A DNA stretch of 33,275 nt, taken from NCBI RefSeq assembly GCF_001194135.2, contig NC_068994.1, positions 29,810,251 through 29,843,525 on the forward strand. The letters run 5' to 3'. Below are positions 11,358 to 21,932 of this stretch, piece after piece; within the stretch, counting starts at the first letter, position 1, and every line of letters begins with the position of its first letter. The stretch comes from Octopus bimaculoides (Eukaryota). The notes below the pieces were generated by a model that was not told the DNA's origin, did no database searches, and saw only the letters and a list, made by a program, of their open reading frames with translations. The translations under genes and the position numbers were made by a program.

Positions 11358-11374
11358 GATAGATATATATTTGG

Positions 11375-13008
11375 GGAGGATAATTTCTATTTTACTGATA
11401 ATGTTTTACTAATGAGTTTCGAGCTTTTCGATAGCCGTTTTCAAACTGAAATTCTGTGGTTTGGAAGGTTGTTTGTATAGCAAAAGATTTTTTTCTTACA
11501 AGTATGCAATTAAAAAATAAAAAGAGAAAATAAAAGATGGAAAAAATAAATAATATTAAAACTAATATGAAAAATAATAAAAGAATACAAAAAGTAAATA
11601 CAACAGCAGGTGTGAAAAAAGAAGGAAAAAAAGTGGAAGGTAAGAAGGCAAAAAGTAGTTGAAAATGGTAGTGAAAAAATATTAGACTATCAGGAATAAA
11701 GAAATGGGATATTTTCAGGAGTGGTCAAAAATGTTGTTGAGTTCTTGTCAAAAGATGACCTTTGTGAATCTTTTGATTTGAGGTCATTTTATTCATTTTT
11801 CACAGTTGGTATGGTCTGCCCTTATTTAATCACACACACATACATACACACGCGCATACATACACATACATCCACACCCACATATACACACACAGTGTGA
11901 AGTTAAATTCATCTGGGACCTTTGAGAGTAAGAGATCTAATGCTGTTTTTTTTATGACACTTACATCCACCTGACATGAGTATACACTTTTTTTTTATTA
12001 TCTTATGTACGCATGTGCATATATGTGTGTGCCGATATGAAAGTATGTATATTTGCATAAAAANNNNNNNNNNTGTGTGGAAATATCTATAGGTGTGTGT
12101 ATATATGCATATATGTGTGTGCCGATATGAAAGTATGTATATTTGCATAAAAATGTAGGGATATAAGTTGGTGTAGATGTACACCCTCTTATGTGTTTAT
12201 GTTTGAATACATATGCATGTGTACATATATATATGTATGTGTGAGTATATGCATGTGCGTATATATGTGTATATATATATGGTGGGTATATATGTGCGTA
12301 TATATGTGTGATAACGTATGGATATTTATGTATTTGCATACACGTAGAGATATGTGTATGTATGTGAATGTGTGTGTATGTGCGAATGTATGTGTGTATA
12401 TATGTGTGTACGTAGATGCTGGTGTGTAAGTGTGTGGGGGTGTTTGTGTGTGTGGATGCATGTATACACGCGCGTGTAGATGTATGTGTATGTATGCGCG
12501 TGTGTATGTATGCGTGTGTGTGTGATTAAATAAGGGTACACCATACCAACTGTGAAAAAATGAATAAAATAACCTCAAATCAAAAGATTCACAAAGGTCA
12601 TCTTTTGACAAGAACAACATTTTTGACCACTCCTAAAAATATTCCATTTCTTTATTCCTGATAGACTAATCTCTTCTCACTACCATTTTCAACTACTTTT
12701 TGTCGTCTTACCTTCCACGTTTCTCTTTTTCTTTTTCTGCTTTCATTTTTCTTATTTTTTCATACATGCTGGTGTATTTTTTGTATTCTTTCATCATTTT
12801 TTTACATTAGTTTTTTTCTTTATTTCTTTTTTTTTTCCATCTTTTATTTTCTATTTTTATTTTTTAATTACATACTTGTAAGAAAAAATCTTTTGCTATA
12901 CAAACAACCTTCCAAACCACAGAATTTCAGTTTGAAAACGGCTATCGAAAAGCTCGAAACTCGTTAGAGTAACTATAAACATTATCATTAAAATAAAAAT
13001 TATCCCTC
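11375..13008. repeat. Long inverted repeat: arms about 11375-11872 and 12478-13008, spacer about 600 bp
   Basis: For example, 11414-11487 equals the reverse complement of 12889-12962. The inner block GTCAAAAGATGACCTTTGTGAATC..TTTAATCACACAC is also mirrored. Confidence 0.92.
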
Positions 13009-13102
13009 AAAAGCCATCTCTACTCATTTTTTCAAATATATTATACTGTACCACACACACACACATACACATATATAATATGGAATAAATGAACAGATAG
13101 AT

Positions 13103-13135
<33 letters not shown>

Positions 13136-13242
13136 TATTAATACTGGCCAAAACACTTTGTAACTATTTTTCCGTGTAAAATTGTCAATTAGTCAAGGAC
13201 GTTCGTGTTCGATTATGCTTCGCCGAGCGGTCAAATAAGATC

Positions 13243-13243
13243 G

Positions 13244-13283
<40 letters not shown>

Positions 13284-13515
13284 ACACACACACACACACA
13301 CACACGAACACACACACAAACACACACACACAAACACACACGCACACACAAAGTCACTTTGTTGATTCTTCTAAATAACAATAAAAATATACATATACTC
13401 ATATTTAACTTTTATTTTCCCTTTTAACATCACCATGCCTACACGCAAACACACACACACACACACAATCACTCACACACACACGCACACACATACAAAC
13501 ACACACATACACGCA
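13243..13515. repeat. (CA)n microsatellites
   Basis: Runs at about 13243-13350 and 13440-13515. Confidence 0.9.
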
Positions 13516-13817
13516 CAGTTCCATAAGTAGTAGTCTTAAGAAACCAGTATTATAAAAACATTCTCAATGTATATAAAGTAATGCATATATTATCAAACGT
13601 TTCCAGAATTGTTGCAGATGTTAGTTACAGAGTTCAGTAAACAATAATTTATTGGATGTTTGTTTATATTCCGTAATAACGGTGATTTGCCGTTGTTGTT
13701 GTTCGTTTGTTGTATAAGGTCCTTATTTTGGCTCGAAGTTTGTTCTTTTAATATTCAAACTATCAACAAAAGTAATGGATTTGATAGTTGTTTGTAACAC
13801 ACGTACAAAAAATGTGT

Positions 13818-13990
13818 GGTGGACGAGGAGTCAGTCGATTACATCGGCAACAAATTTTGTCTGGTACTTTATTTATCGACCCTCGAAAGGAGGACAGCTG
13901 AAATTCGGCGAAACTCAGAACACAAAGAGTCAGAACAAATACCGCAAGGAATTTTCGTCCGACAATGACGATTCTGCCAATACTTATCTT
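13818..13990 (-). mobile_element. tRNA-derived SINE, family 2 (head GGCGGCGAGCTGGCAGAATCG), degraded
   Basis: Reverse complement matches the plus-strand copies at 28357 and 28639 (GCAGAATCG head, TCGATAAA-TAAGTACCAG core). Confidence 0.65.
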
Positions 13991-14011
13991 AATTACTTTA
14001 ATTAAACATCT

Positions 14012-14395
14012 TCTTACTTGTTTCAGTCATTTGACTGCCTCCATGCTGGAGCACCACCTTAAAGGGTGTTGGTCGAAGAAATCGACCCCAGGACGTATTC
14101 TCTTAAAGGCTAGTATTTACTCTACCGGTTTCTTTTGCCGAACCGCTGAATTACGGGGACATAAACACACCAGCATCGGTTGTCAAGCGATGGCGGGGAG
14201 GGGACAAAGCGGGGGAGGGGACAAATACACATACACACACAAATATATACATGTATATATACGACGGGCTTCTTCCAGTTTCCATCTACTAAATCTCACA
14301 AGGCTATGTAGAAGACACTTGCCCAAGGTACTGCGCAGTGGGACTGAACCCGGATCCATGTCGTTGGGAAACAAGTCTCTTACCACACAGCCACG
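14012..14395 (-). mobile_element. tRNA-derived SINE, family 1, near full length
   Basis: Reverse complement matches 20107-20277 (head) and 23290-23500 (CAGCATGG..CAGTCAAATGACTGAAACAAGTAAGA tail). Confidence 0.9.
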
Positions 14396-14446
14396 AAAAA
14401 AGTAATTTCCTTCTTATTTGGACAGAAGCTGAGTACTTTTAGAATA

Positions 14447-14615
14447 GAGTGTTAGTCGATTAAATTGATCCCAGTACTTCACTGGTAATTTATTTTACCG
14501 ACCTCGGAGGAAAGAAAGAAAAAGTTGACCTCTGCGTGATTTGAACTCAGAATATGCAGATATTGAACGGTATTTATACTCGACAGTCCAACGAGTCTGT
14601 CAGTTTAGATGCCTT
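14447..14615 (-). mobile_element. SINE family 2, degraded
   Basis: GTCGATT..GATCCCAGTA..CTGGTA..TTATTTTACCGACC..TTTGAACTCAGAA, the same core as the other family 2 copies. Confidence 0.65.
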
Positions 14616-14771
14616 AGCGAAAATTAGTAGAATAGAAGTGAATATTCAAACAGAAACTGGACGTAAAGAATACAAGAAGAACAAACAGAGGATGAAAGAG
14701 GTTAATAAAGAGATAAATATGTGTAATTCTTCATTACGCCGGTGTTGTCATTGTTATGTTGACCAGAAGTT

Positions 14772-14900
14772 GCCTGGTTAAGTAGTTAAGGTATTTGGCT
14801 CCTGATTATAAGGTCGTGGACTCAGTTCTTCTGGTGGACGACACGTTGTGATCTTGAGTAAGGCACTTTACATCGCCCCATTTCAGCGGAAAATGATTAC
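14772..14900 (+). mobile_element. Old tRNA-derived SINE fragment (third family)
   Basis: Degenerate A-box/B-box-like head (TGGTTAAGTAGTTAAGG..AGGTCGTGGACTCAGTTC) followed by GTGATCTTGAGTAAGGCACTTTA. Confidence 0.4.
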
Positions 14901-14997
14901 CGGCCGGGTGTTGGTGCAGCTCTCACATTCTCGTTGTTGCACTGAATCAAAGGTGGTTATATCATTTAGTTATTTTTTTAAGAATATCCAGTTTTAT

Positions 14998-16043
14998 TTC
15001 GGTCATCCCATAAATAATGCGGTTTTTATACTTCTCTGTTACTGTTCTGACCTTGTTTACAGAATTCATATTTTTTTCGTCCAAATTATTTTGAAGACTG
15101 TGGAATAAATGATTATCAAATGGGACAATGTCCGGCGAATATGGTGGGTGGAGCATCGTTTCCTATTCAAACTGCACCAGCCTTTGGGATGTCATCCTCG
15201 CTGTATGTAACCGATGGAAGAACACCGTTCGCTTTGAAAGCAAAGATGATTGCTTTTCTTCTAGCACTGACTTAAGTCGCTCAAGCTGCTCGCAGTAGAT
15301 CTACTTTGTTATCGTTTGGTTTGGGTTTAAAAGTTCAAAGTGGATTAAACCCTTTATATCCCACCAAACAGACAACAACACCTTACGTGGGTGTAGACCT
15401 TCCTTAGCTTGGGGTGCCGGTGTTTCTCCTTTCCCTACCCACTGTCTCTTTTTATAGAGAACCCATTTCTCGTCACCAGTCACTATTCGGTCCAAAAAAG
15501 GTTCATTCATCACACGTGACCGCGAAGAAAAGTACACATTCACTCTCTGCGCGCGATTAGACTCGGAAAGTTTGTGAGGAACTGATTGACTCAATTTGCT
15601 GACTTTTCCGATGGTACGCAGGCGTCGATGAATGGTTGAATGACCAAATCCAAGCTTCTCTGCTAGTTCTTCAACAGTTACGATGGGATTTTGTTCCATC
15701 AGAGTTTGCAGGATGTCCTCGTCGAGCTCTACAGATTTCCCAGGACGTGGCTCGTCTTCTAGTCTGTAGTTCCAGCTCGGAAGTTCTAGAACCACCGTTG
15801 ACACTGGCTTATGCTTATTGTCCGATCCCCATATAATGCATTAATATTCCTCGCACTTTCCGTTGTGTTGTTGCCTTTAATGAACTTATAAAGCAAAATA
15901 CGCAGAATATGCTCTTTTGTCACTTCCTTTATAGCTTTGAAAAAATAACTGTTAAAACTGAACTGCACTCTTCAAAACTTGCACTAAGAATATGGGCACG
16001 GTAAAATTATTACGTGCTTTTATAGCAAGTTGATGCAGGTAGT
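14998..16043 (-). mobile_element. Mariner (DD34D, Mos1/SETMAR-like) transposon, inactivated; 3' TIR present, 5' TIR missing
   Basis: ORFs 15786-15968 (HTH), 15301-15804 (..FLDRIVTGDEKWVLY..HPRKVLLSVWWD) and 14962-15156 (HPPYSPDIVP). TIR TT(C)GGTCATCCCATAAATAATGCGGTTTTT at 14998. Confidence 0.93.
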
Positions 16044-16075
16044 ATGGAACTTCTTTGAAATGTAAGATCTTCTCT

Positions 16076-16198
16076 ATCCTGATGGCGGAGGCTCATTTTA
16101 TCCAAAGTTGATTGCATCCATCACGGCCGCATATTGTGATGAACTACATCTGCCAACATTATGACAGCTCTCCGAGCCCCCAGAAACAGCTGTTGGAT
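16076..16198 (+). ncRNA. Degenerate type I hammerhead-like motif with about 80-nt stem II insert
   Basis: atc-CTGATGG-c-GGAGGCTC-(79 nt)-GAGCCCCC-a-GAAA-C-agct-G-TT/ggat. Deviations: A9>G, 10.1 mismatch and a weak stem I. Confidence 0.45.
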
Positions 16199-16569
16199 TA
16201 TAACACCTTTCTTCCACTATTAATTTTCTCTGTCGTTTGTACTCTTTGTTAGCTGGATCTATTGATATAAATATCTATATATTTATGCTTAAATATTCAT
16301 CACCTGAAAGTCTCCACCTTTTGCTTTCTTTCGTTTTGCATGTTTACATATATACATATTTTATATTTCATCCCATATTATATTTAATATATATAATGTG
16401 TCTTATTTGTTTATCTACATAATTCTCGCTATATCCGCTCGACTTGATTCTTCTTATAACCATTCTTTACTTTGCAGAATCGATCTCCTGTAAAGACATA
16501 GGAGTCTAAGTTTGAATCTTTTGAGCACTATACTGGGAATCTCTGGATCTCATCTGCGGACTATACATA

Positions 16570-16619
16570 TGTGTGTGTGTGCGTTTGTGTATGTATGATT
16601 GCTTGTATGTATGTATGTA

Positions 16620-16650
<31 letters not shown>

Positions 16651-16751
16651 ATGTATGTATGTGTATGTATGCATGTATGTATGTATGTGTGTGTGTGTAT
16701 GTATGTGTGTGTGTATGTATGTATGTATGTATGTATGCATGTATGTATGTA

Positions 16752-16782
<31 letters not shown>

Positions 16783-17058
16783 ATGTATGTATGCATGTAT
16801 GTATGTATGTGTGTGTGTATGCATGTATGTATGTATGCATGTATGTATGTATGTATGTATGTATGTATGTATGTNNNNNNNNNNNNNNNNNNNNNNNNNN
16901 NNNNNNNNNNNNNNNNNNNNNNNNNNNNNNNNNNNNNNNNNNNNNNNNNNNNNNNNNNNNNNNNNNNNNNNNNNNNNNNNNNNNNNNNNNNNNNNNNNNN
17001 NNNNNNNNNNNNNNNNNNNNNNNNNNNNNNNNNNNNNNNNNNNNNNNNAAGTATCTAC

Positions 17059-17098
<40 letters not shown>

Positions 17099-17275
17099 GT
17101 GTATGTATGTATGTATGTATGTATGTATGTATGTATGTATGTGTGTATGTTTGTATGTTTGTATGCTTGTATGTATGTATGTTTATTTGTATGTTTGTAT
17201 GTATGTATGTATATANNNNNNNNNNGTATGTATGTGTGTATGTATGTATGTATGTATGTATGTGTGTATGTATTT
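16570..17275. repeat. (TGTA)n/(TG)n/(TA)n microsatellite field with two gaps
   Basis: Direct reading; source of the MYVC/HTYI ORFs. Confidence 0.97.
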
Positions 17276-17359
17276 CATGAGCCCATGGACTCGTAAGTCT
17301 GATTACTCAGCTTCTCACAACACTCTCCTGGACGAGACGCCGATCTGTTTCAAAGTCAG

Positions 17360-17527
17360 CAATTTTGAAGGGTGAGGACAAATAGATTACATCGACCCCA
17401 GTATTTCACTGGTACTTTATTTTATCGAGCCCAAAGAGATGAAAAACGAAGTTGCCTTCGGTATGATTTGTACTAAGAAAGAAACTAAAAATGGAAGAAA
17501 TGCCACTAAGCATTTGGTTCGACGTCT
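17360..17527 (-). mobile_element. SINE family 2, degraded
   Basis: ATCGACCCCAGTATTTCACTGGTACTTTATTTTATCGA core. Confidence 0.65.
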
Positions 17528-18689
17528 TTATTGCTTAGTTATATATCTATAATTACATTATCATAATAAATGCAATGCAATCGTATTAGATTACTTCATA
17601 TTCCATTCGTCGCAGTTTTCAAATATGAAAACAAGATTTCCAACCCTTGCGTAATAAATAAATGCAAGTCTTACAACAAAATTGGATTGCACTATCGTAT
17701 GTTTTGGCGAATGAGTGCTTAAATTATTTAACTAACGCAGTTATGTTTTCCTTGCACTAAAATATCGGTGGCTGGGTATTCCACAGAGACTTGTACCCTT
17801 CATTGTGTCCTGAAGTGGTATCACTGTGGAACTGTATGTGTGTGTGACAAGATTGGTGTCTTTCAAATACAGGTTCAGTCCACTTCCAAACTTTTGTCAA
17901 CTCGAAAATATGCTTCAAACACTCGACAGAAATGGCGAGAAGTGTGATCAAACTCGGACATATGATTGCATTACTAAATTCTTAACGATATAACCACGCG
18001 CTCACACATTTAAGTTGATCCAAGGCGGAATCCATAAGTTTTGTAGCATTTATTTACAATACTTCATTCATACATTCGGTGTGAATATGTAGACGTATGT
18101 TTATGCATATTCATATATGTGTATGTGAGTGCGTTGTATGTGTGCTATCCTTGTGTATATTTAAGTGTATGTGTATGTAAATGCATTACTGTATTTATTT
18201 ATGATTGTGCTGAGGGCGTTTTTCCTCCGTATTTTCAATTCCTTTCTAACGGTGATACCACCAAAGTGAATGGCGGGTAGCAATGTCTTCCACTTTAGAA
18301 AAGTTTCTCTTTCTTTTCTTCTAAGGGGTTTTCAACTAAACTCTGAACCAATTCTTTGATCTTCCGATTAGACACCAACCATGTGTAGCTGGCTGGATAG
18401 TGTTTAGTAGAGTCTGTTCAAAATGCTGTTACAGCTGTCGCCTTCAATCTGGAATATAAAATGTTGGCAGGCTTAGCAAAATAATTAAGTACTGTGGTCT
18501 ATTCATTCGACAAAAGATTCTTCAAGTCGGTGCCCCAGCATGGCCGCAGTCTAATGACTGAAGCGGGTAAGTGCTGTAACGGATTACCAGGATTCTAAGC
18601 TTGTAACCGAGACAGGAGTTATGGAACTATGGAGCTATTGTAGATTTCCGATACAGCTGATATAAATTTGTTAAAAAGGAAAACAAACT

Positions 18690-19025
18690 CCAAGGCAAGA
18701 CGTCTCAAGTCATATATGTTGTTATTATTAAAAATTATCAAGCAATTTTTAGAATCTTACAGCTGTTTCAGGTATATCTCAGAAACATGTGGAATATCCC
18801 ATCATCGGAGACAGATGGTGAGAAAGTGAGAGGCTATACATTACGGAAACGACGGAGAGATGTAGGATAAAGAGAGAAAGGGAAAATGATATAAAAGTTC
18901 ACAGTTTAATTTTCTGATAGTGCAGGTGCTAATCTATGAGCCTTTAGGTACAATCCAATGTGAATCTAGGTAAGATAATATTCCTCATATTGTAGATGTC
19001 CAGGAATAATACTTCCATGTCGAAG
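18690..19025 (-). mobile_element. Probable Penelope-like element 3' remnant inside the inverted-repeat spacer
   Basis: Minus strand: HLQYEEYYLT*..LY(P)KG(L) resembles a PLE ORF end, followed by a pyrimidine tract and a hammerhead motif homologous to 11188-11235. Confidence 0.45.
18754..18812 (-). ncRNA. Minimal type I hammerhead ribozyme-like motif (PLE type), degenerate
   Basis: Minus strand: gtct-CCGATGA-t-GGGATAT-(16 nt)-ATATACC-t-GAAA-C-agct-G-TA/agat. Same stems as 11188-11235; deviations U4>C, 10.1 mismatch and one stem II mismatch. Confidence 0.6.
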
Positions 19026-19078
19026 GTTCATAATGTAATGATTGTGTGAGCTCATACTATCATTACATTATGAACCTT
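19023..19078. repeat. 56-bp near-perfect palindrome
   Basis: AAGGTTCATAATGTAATGAT-tgtgtgag|ctcatact-ATCATTACATTATGAACCTT. 26 of 28 pairs are Watson-Crick and the outer 20 are perfect. Confidence 0.97.
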
Positions 19079-19120
19079 TAATAATTGAAAAATAAAATAA
19101 AATAAATTAAAATAAAAGAA

Positions 19121-19174
<54 letters not shown>

Positions 19175-20106
19175 ACATTAAATTATTTTTCCATAGTTCC
19201 ATAACTCCTGTCTCGGTTACAATCTTAGAATCCTGGTAATCCGTTACAGCACTTACCCGCTTCAGTCATTAGACTGCGGCCATGCTGGGGCACCGACTTG
19301 AAAAACCTTTAGTCGAATGAATAGACCACAATACTTAATCATTTTGCTAAGCCTGCCAACATTTTATATTCCAGATTGAAGGCGACAGCTGTAACAACAT
19401 TTTGAACACACTCTACTAAACACTGTCCAGCCAGCTACACATGGTAGGTGTCTAATCGGAGGATTCAAGGTGAATATGGTACTTAAGTTTAGGCACCAGA
19501 ATTAAGTATGGTTTTATCCATACAATTTCAAAATAAGGTGATTAAAATCAGAATAAGCAACAAGGATATCCAAAGTTAATGCAATACGATCGTTTCATGC
19601 GACTCCATTTATTTAAGCAATATGAACATTACATCAAATGTAAAATGCAGAGCAATCCTCAGCTGCACAAAGATATAGAAATTTAATGAAATTACATTTC
19701 AACAGAAGGACATATTTTTATAACTACGTTTAAACTCTCCAAGTAGAAAGGAAGAATACAAAAAAACATTTTGACTTAGCCAGACCATACAGGCTAGTGA
19801 ATAATTCTAAACAGATTTTAACTGCCACTGATTTTATCTCTTTATTTGTTTCTGATTTATGGATCATCTTATCAGACCTAGTGATTCAAAGCTTAAGAGG
19901 GCACCAGCATTTTCCTTGTAGGGAAAGGAAAGTGGTAGACAGTATAGACAGCAAACATGGATGATATAGTTATAAAATACCTTTGGGTTTAGTGGCAAAC
20001 TACTATAGGTGGTGGGGTTTTACTACTAGCAGACCAGTTTATAATGGAATAGGGGAAGTTTTAATATAAGGCACCTAGGTCAAAAGTATATAAAATAAAG
20101 TTGCTA

Positions 20107-20277
20107 GGCGCAGGAGTGGCTGTGTGGTAAGTAGCTTGCTTACCAACCACATGGTTCTGGGTTCATTCTCACTGCGTGGCACTTTGGGCAAGTGCCTTCT
20201 ACTATAGCCTCGGGCCGACCAAAGCCTTGTGAGTGGATTTGGTAGATGGAAACTGAAAGAAGCCCGTCGTATATATA
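20107..20277 (+). mobile_element. SINE family 1, 5' half (tRNA-derived head)
   Basis: GGCGCAGGAGTGGCTGTGTGGTAAG (A-box-like), GGGTTCATTCTC (B-box-like), ..GGAAACTGAAAGAAGCCCGTCGTATATA. Confidence 0.9.
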
Positions 20278-21656
20278 AAATATAATTCTAACTTTGCCAT
20301 TGATCTCTTTATCTTTTTCTTTCTTTATACATACACACGCTAATACACGACCCATGTTATATTCCCCACTCATGTTGCTACCACGACAGGGGCAAAACTA
20401 GTCGGTATACAGCACTTACTCGGTATTGCCTGTATNNNNNNNNNNNNNNNNNNNNNNNNNNNNNNNNNNNNNNNNNNNNNNNNNNNNNNNNNNNNNNNNN
20501 NNNNNNNNNNNNNNNNNNNNNNNNNNNNNNNNNNNNNNNNNNNNNNNNNNNNNNNNNNNNNNNNNNNNNNNNNNNNNNNNNNNNNNNNNNNNNNNNNNNN
20601 NNNNNNNNNNNNNNNNNNNNNNNNNNNNNNNNNNNNNNNNNNNNNNNNNNNNNNNNNNNNNNNNNNNNNNNNNNNNNNNNNNNNNNNNNNNNNNNNNNNN
20701 NNNNNNNNNNNNNNNNNNNNNNNNNNNNNNNNNNNNNNNNNNNNNNNNNNNNNNTATATATATATATATATATATATGCATGTATGTATGTATGTATGTA
20801 TGTATGTATGTGTGTGTGTGTGTATATACATACATACATACATACATACATACATAGAAATATATATATATACATACATATATATACGCAGACATTCATG
20901 AATACATACATGCATGCACGCACACTCACACACAGGGAAATGAAACATGGGTACAAAAATATCCATTTGGCCTCAAACGGTTGTATAGCCAAGTTTCAGT
21001 GTAAACCACTTGACTATCCAGTCAGGCATGTACAAATAAATTATAAAATTGATTCAGTATATCAGTTGCCATTTGAAGTTTGTTGTTGAGGAACGTTTCT
21101 TATAAACAATATAGACTTTGCAGGTGGGATGAAGGAGGAGAGGAAGGAAAAACACGATTATGTCGTAGAGAGATCTGATGGGGGGGGGGGNNNNNNNNNN
21201 NNNNNNNNNNNNNNNNNNNNNNNNNNNNNNNNNNNNNNNNNNNNNNNNNNNNNNNNNNNNNNNNNNNNNNNNNNNNNNNNNNNNNNNNNNNNNNNNNNNN
21301 NNNNNNNNNNNNNNNNNNNNNNNNNNNNNNNNNNNNNNNNNNNNNNNNNNNNNNNNNNNNNNNNNNNNNNNNNNNNNNNNNNNNNNNNNNNNNNNNNNNN
21401 NNNNNNNNNNNNNNNNNNNNNNNNNNNNNNNNNNNNNNNNNNNNNNNNNNNNNNNNNNNNNNNNNNNNNNNNNNNNNNNNNNNNNNNNNNNNNNNNNNNN
21501 NNNNNNNNNNNNNNNNNNNNNNNNNNNNNNNNNNNNNNNNNNNNNNNNNNNNNNNNNNNNNNNNNNNNNNNNNNNNNNNNNNNNNNNNNNNNNNNNNNNN
21601 NNNNNNNNNNNNNNNNNNNNNNNNNNNNNNNNNNNNNNNNNNNNNNNNNNNNNNNN

Positions 21657-21885
21657 TGTGTGTGTGTGTGTGTGTCTGTGTTTGTTCCCCCCAACATCGC
21701 TTGACAACCGATGCTGGTGTGTTTACGTCCCCGTAACTTAGCGGTTCGGCAAAAGAGACCGATAGAATAAGTACTAGGCTTCCAAAGAATAAGTCCTGGG
21801 GTCGATTTGCTCGACTAAAGGCGGTGCTCCAGCATGGCCACAGTCAAATGACTGAAACAAGTAAAAGAGTAAAAGAGTAAAGAGT
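21657..21885 (+). mobile_element. SINE family 1, 3' half (5' part probably in the gap)
   Basis: Nearly identical to 23290-23500; ends in (GTAAAAGA)n-like tail. Confidence 0.9.
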
Positions 21886-21932
21886 GTATATTTAATGTCT
21901 AATATTTCCAACAAATTCTATATCCACAGATA

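Larger units (their letters stand above)
18363..19460. repeat. Inverted repeat with 271-bp arms (18363-18633 and 19190-19460), 556-bp spacer
   Basis: Manual alignment gives 10 mismatches and no indels over 271 bp (about 96%). Each arm includes a SINE family 1 tail fragment. Confidence 0.96.

Noticed and set aside
12016-12153. Exact 48-bp direct repeat on either side of a 10-N gap
   Set aside because: Typical of an unmerged contig overlap at a placeholder gap; probably not biological.
16506-17375. Long ORFs of MYVC/HTYI type (also 8058-8798, 11909-12620, 20370-21089, 6847-7204, 13193-13402)
   Set aside because: Translations of stop-free (TGTA)n, (CA)n, (GATA)n or (CT)n microsatellites; no coding signal.
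17735-17945. Cys-rich open frame (LCFPCTK..CTLHCVLKWYHCGTVCVCDK) and a nearby AG acceptor
   Set aside because: Short, no recognisable domain spacing, partly made by a TG run, and no convincing donor.
20107-20175. tRNA-like A/B boxes (also at other SINE heads)
   Set aside because: No cloverleaf; they continue into SINE bodies, so they are SINE heads and not tRNA genes.
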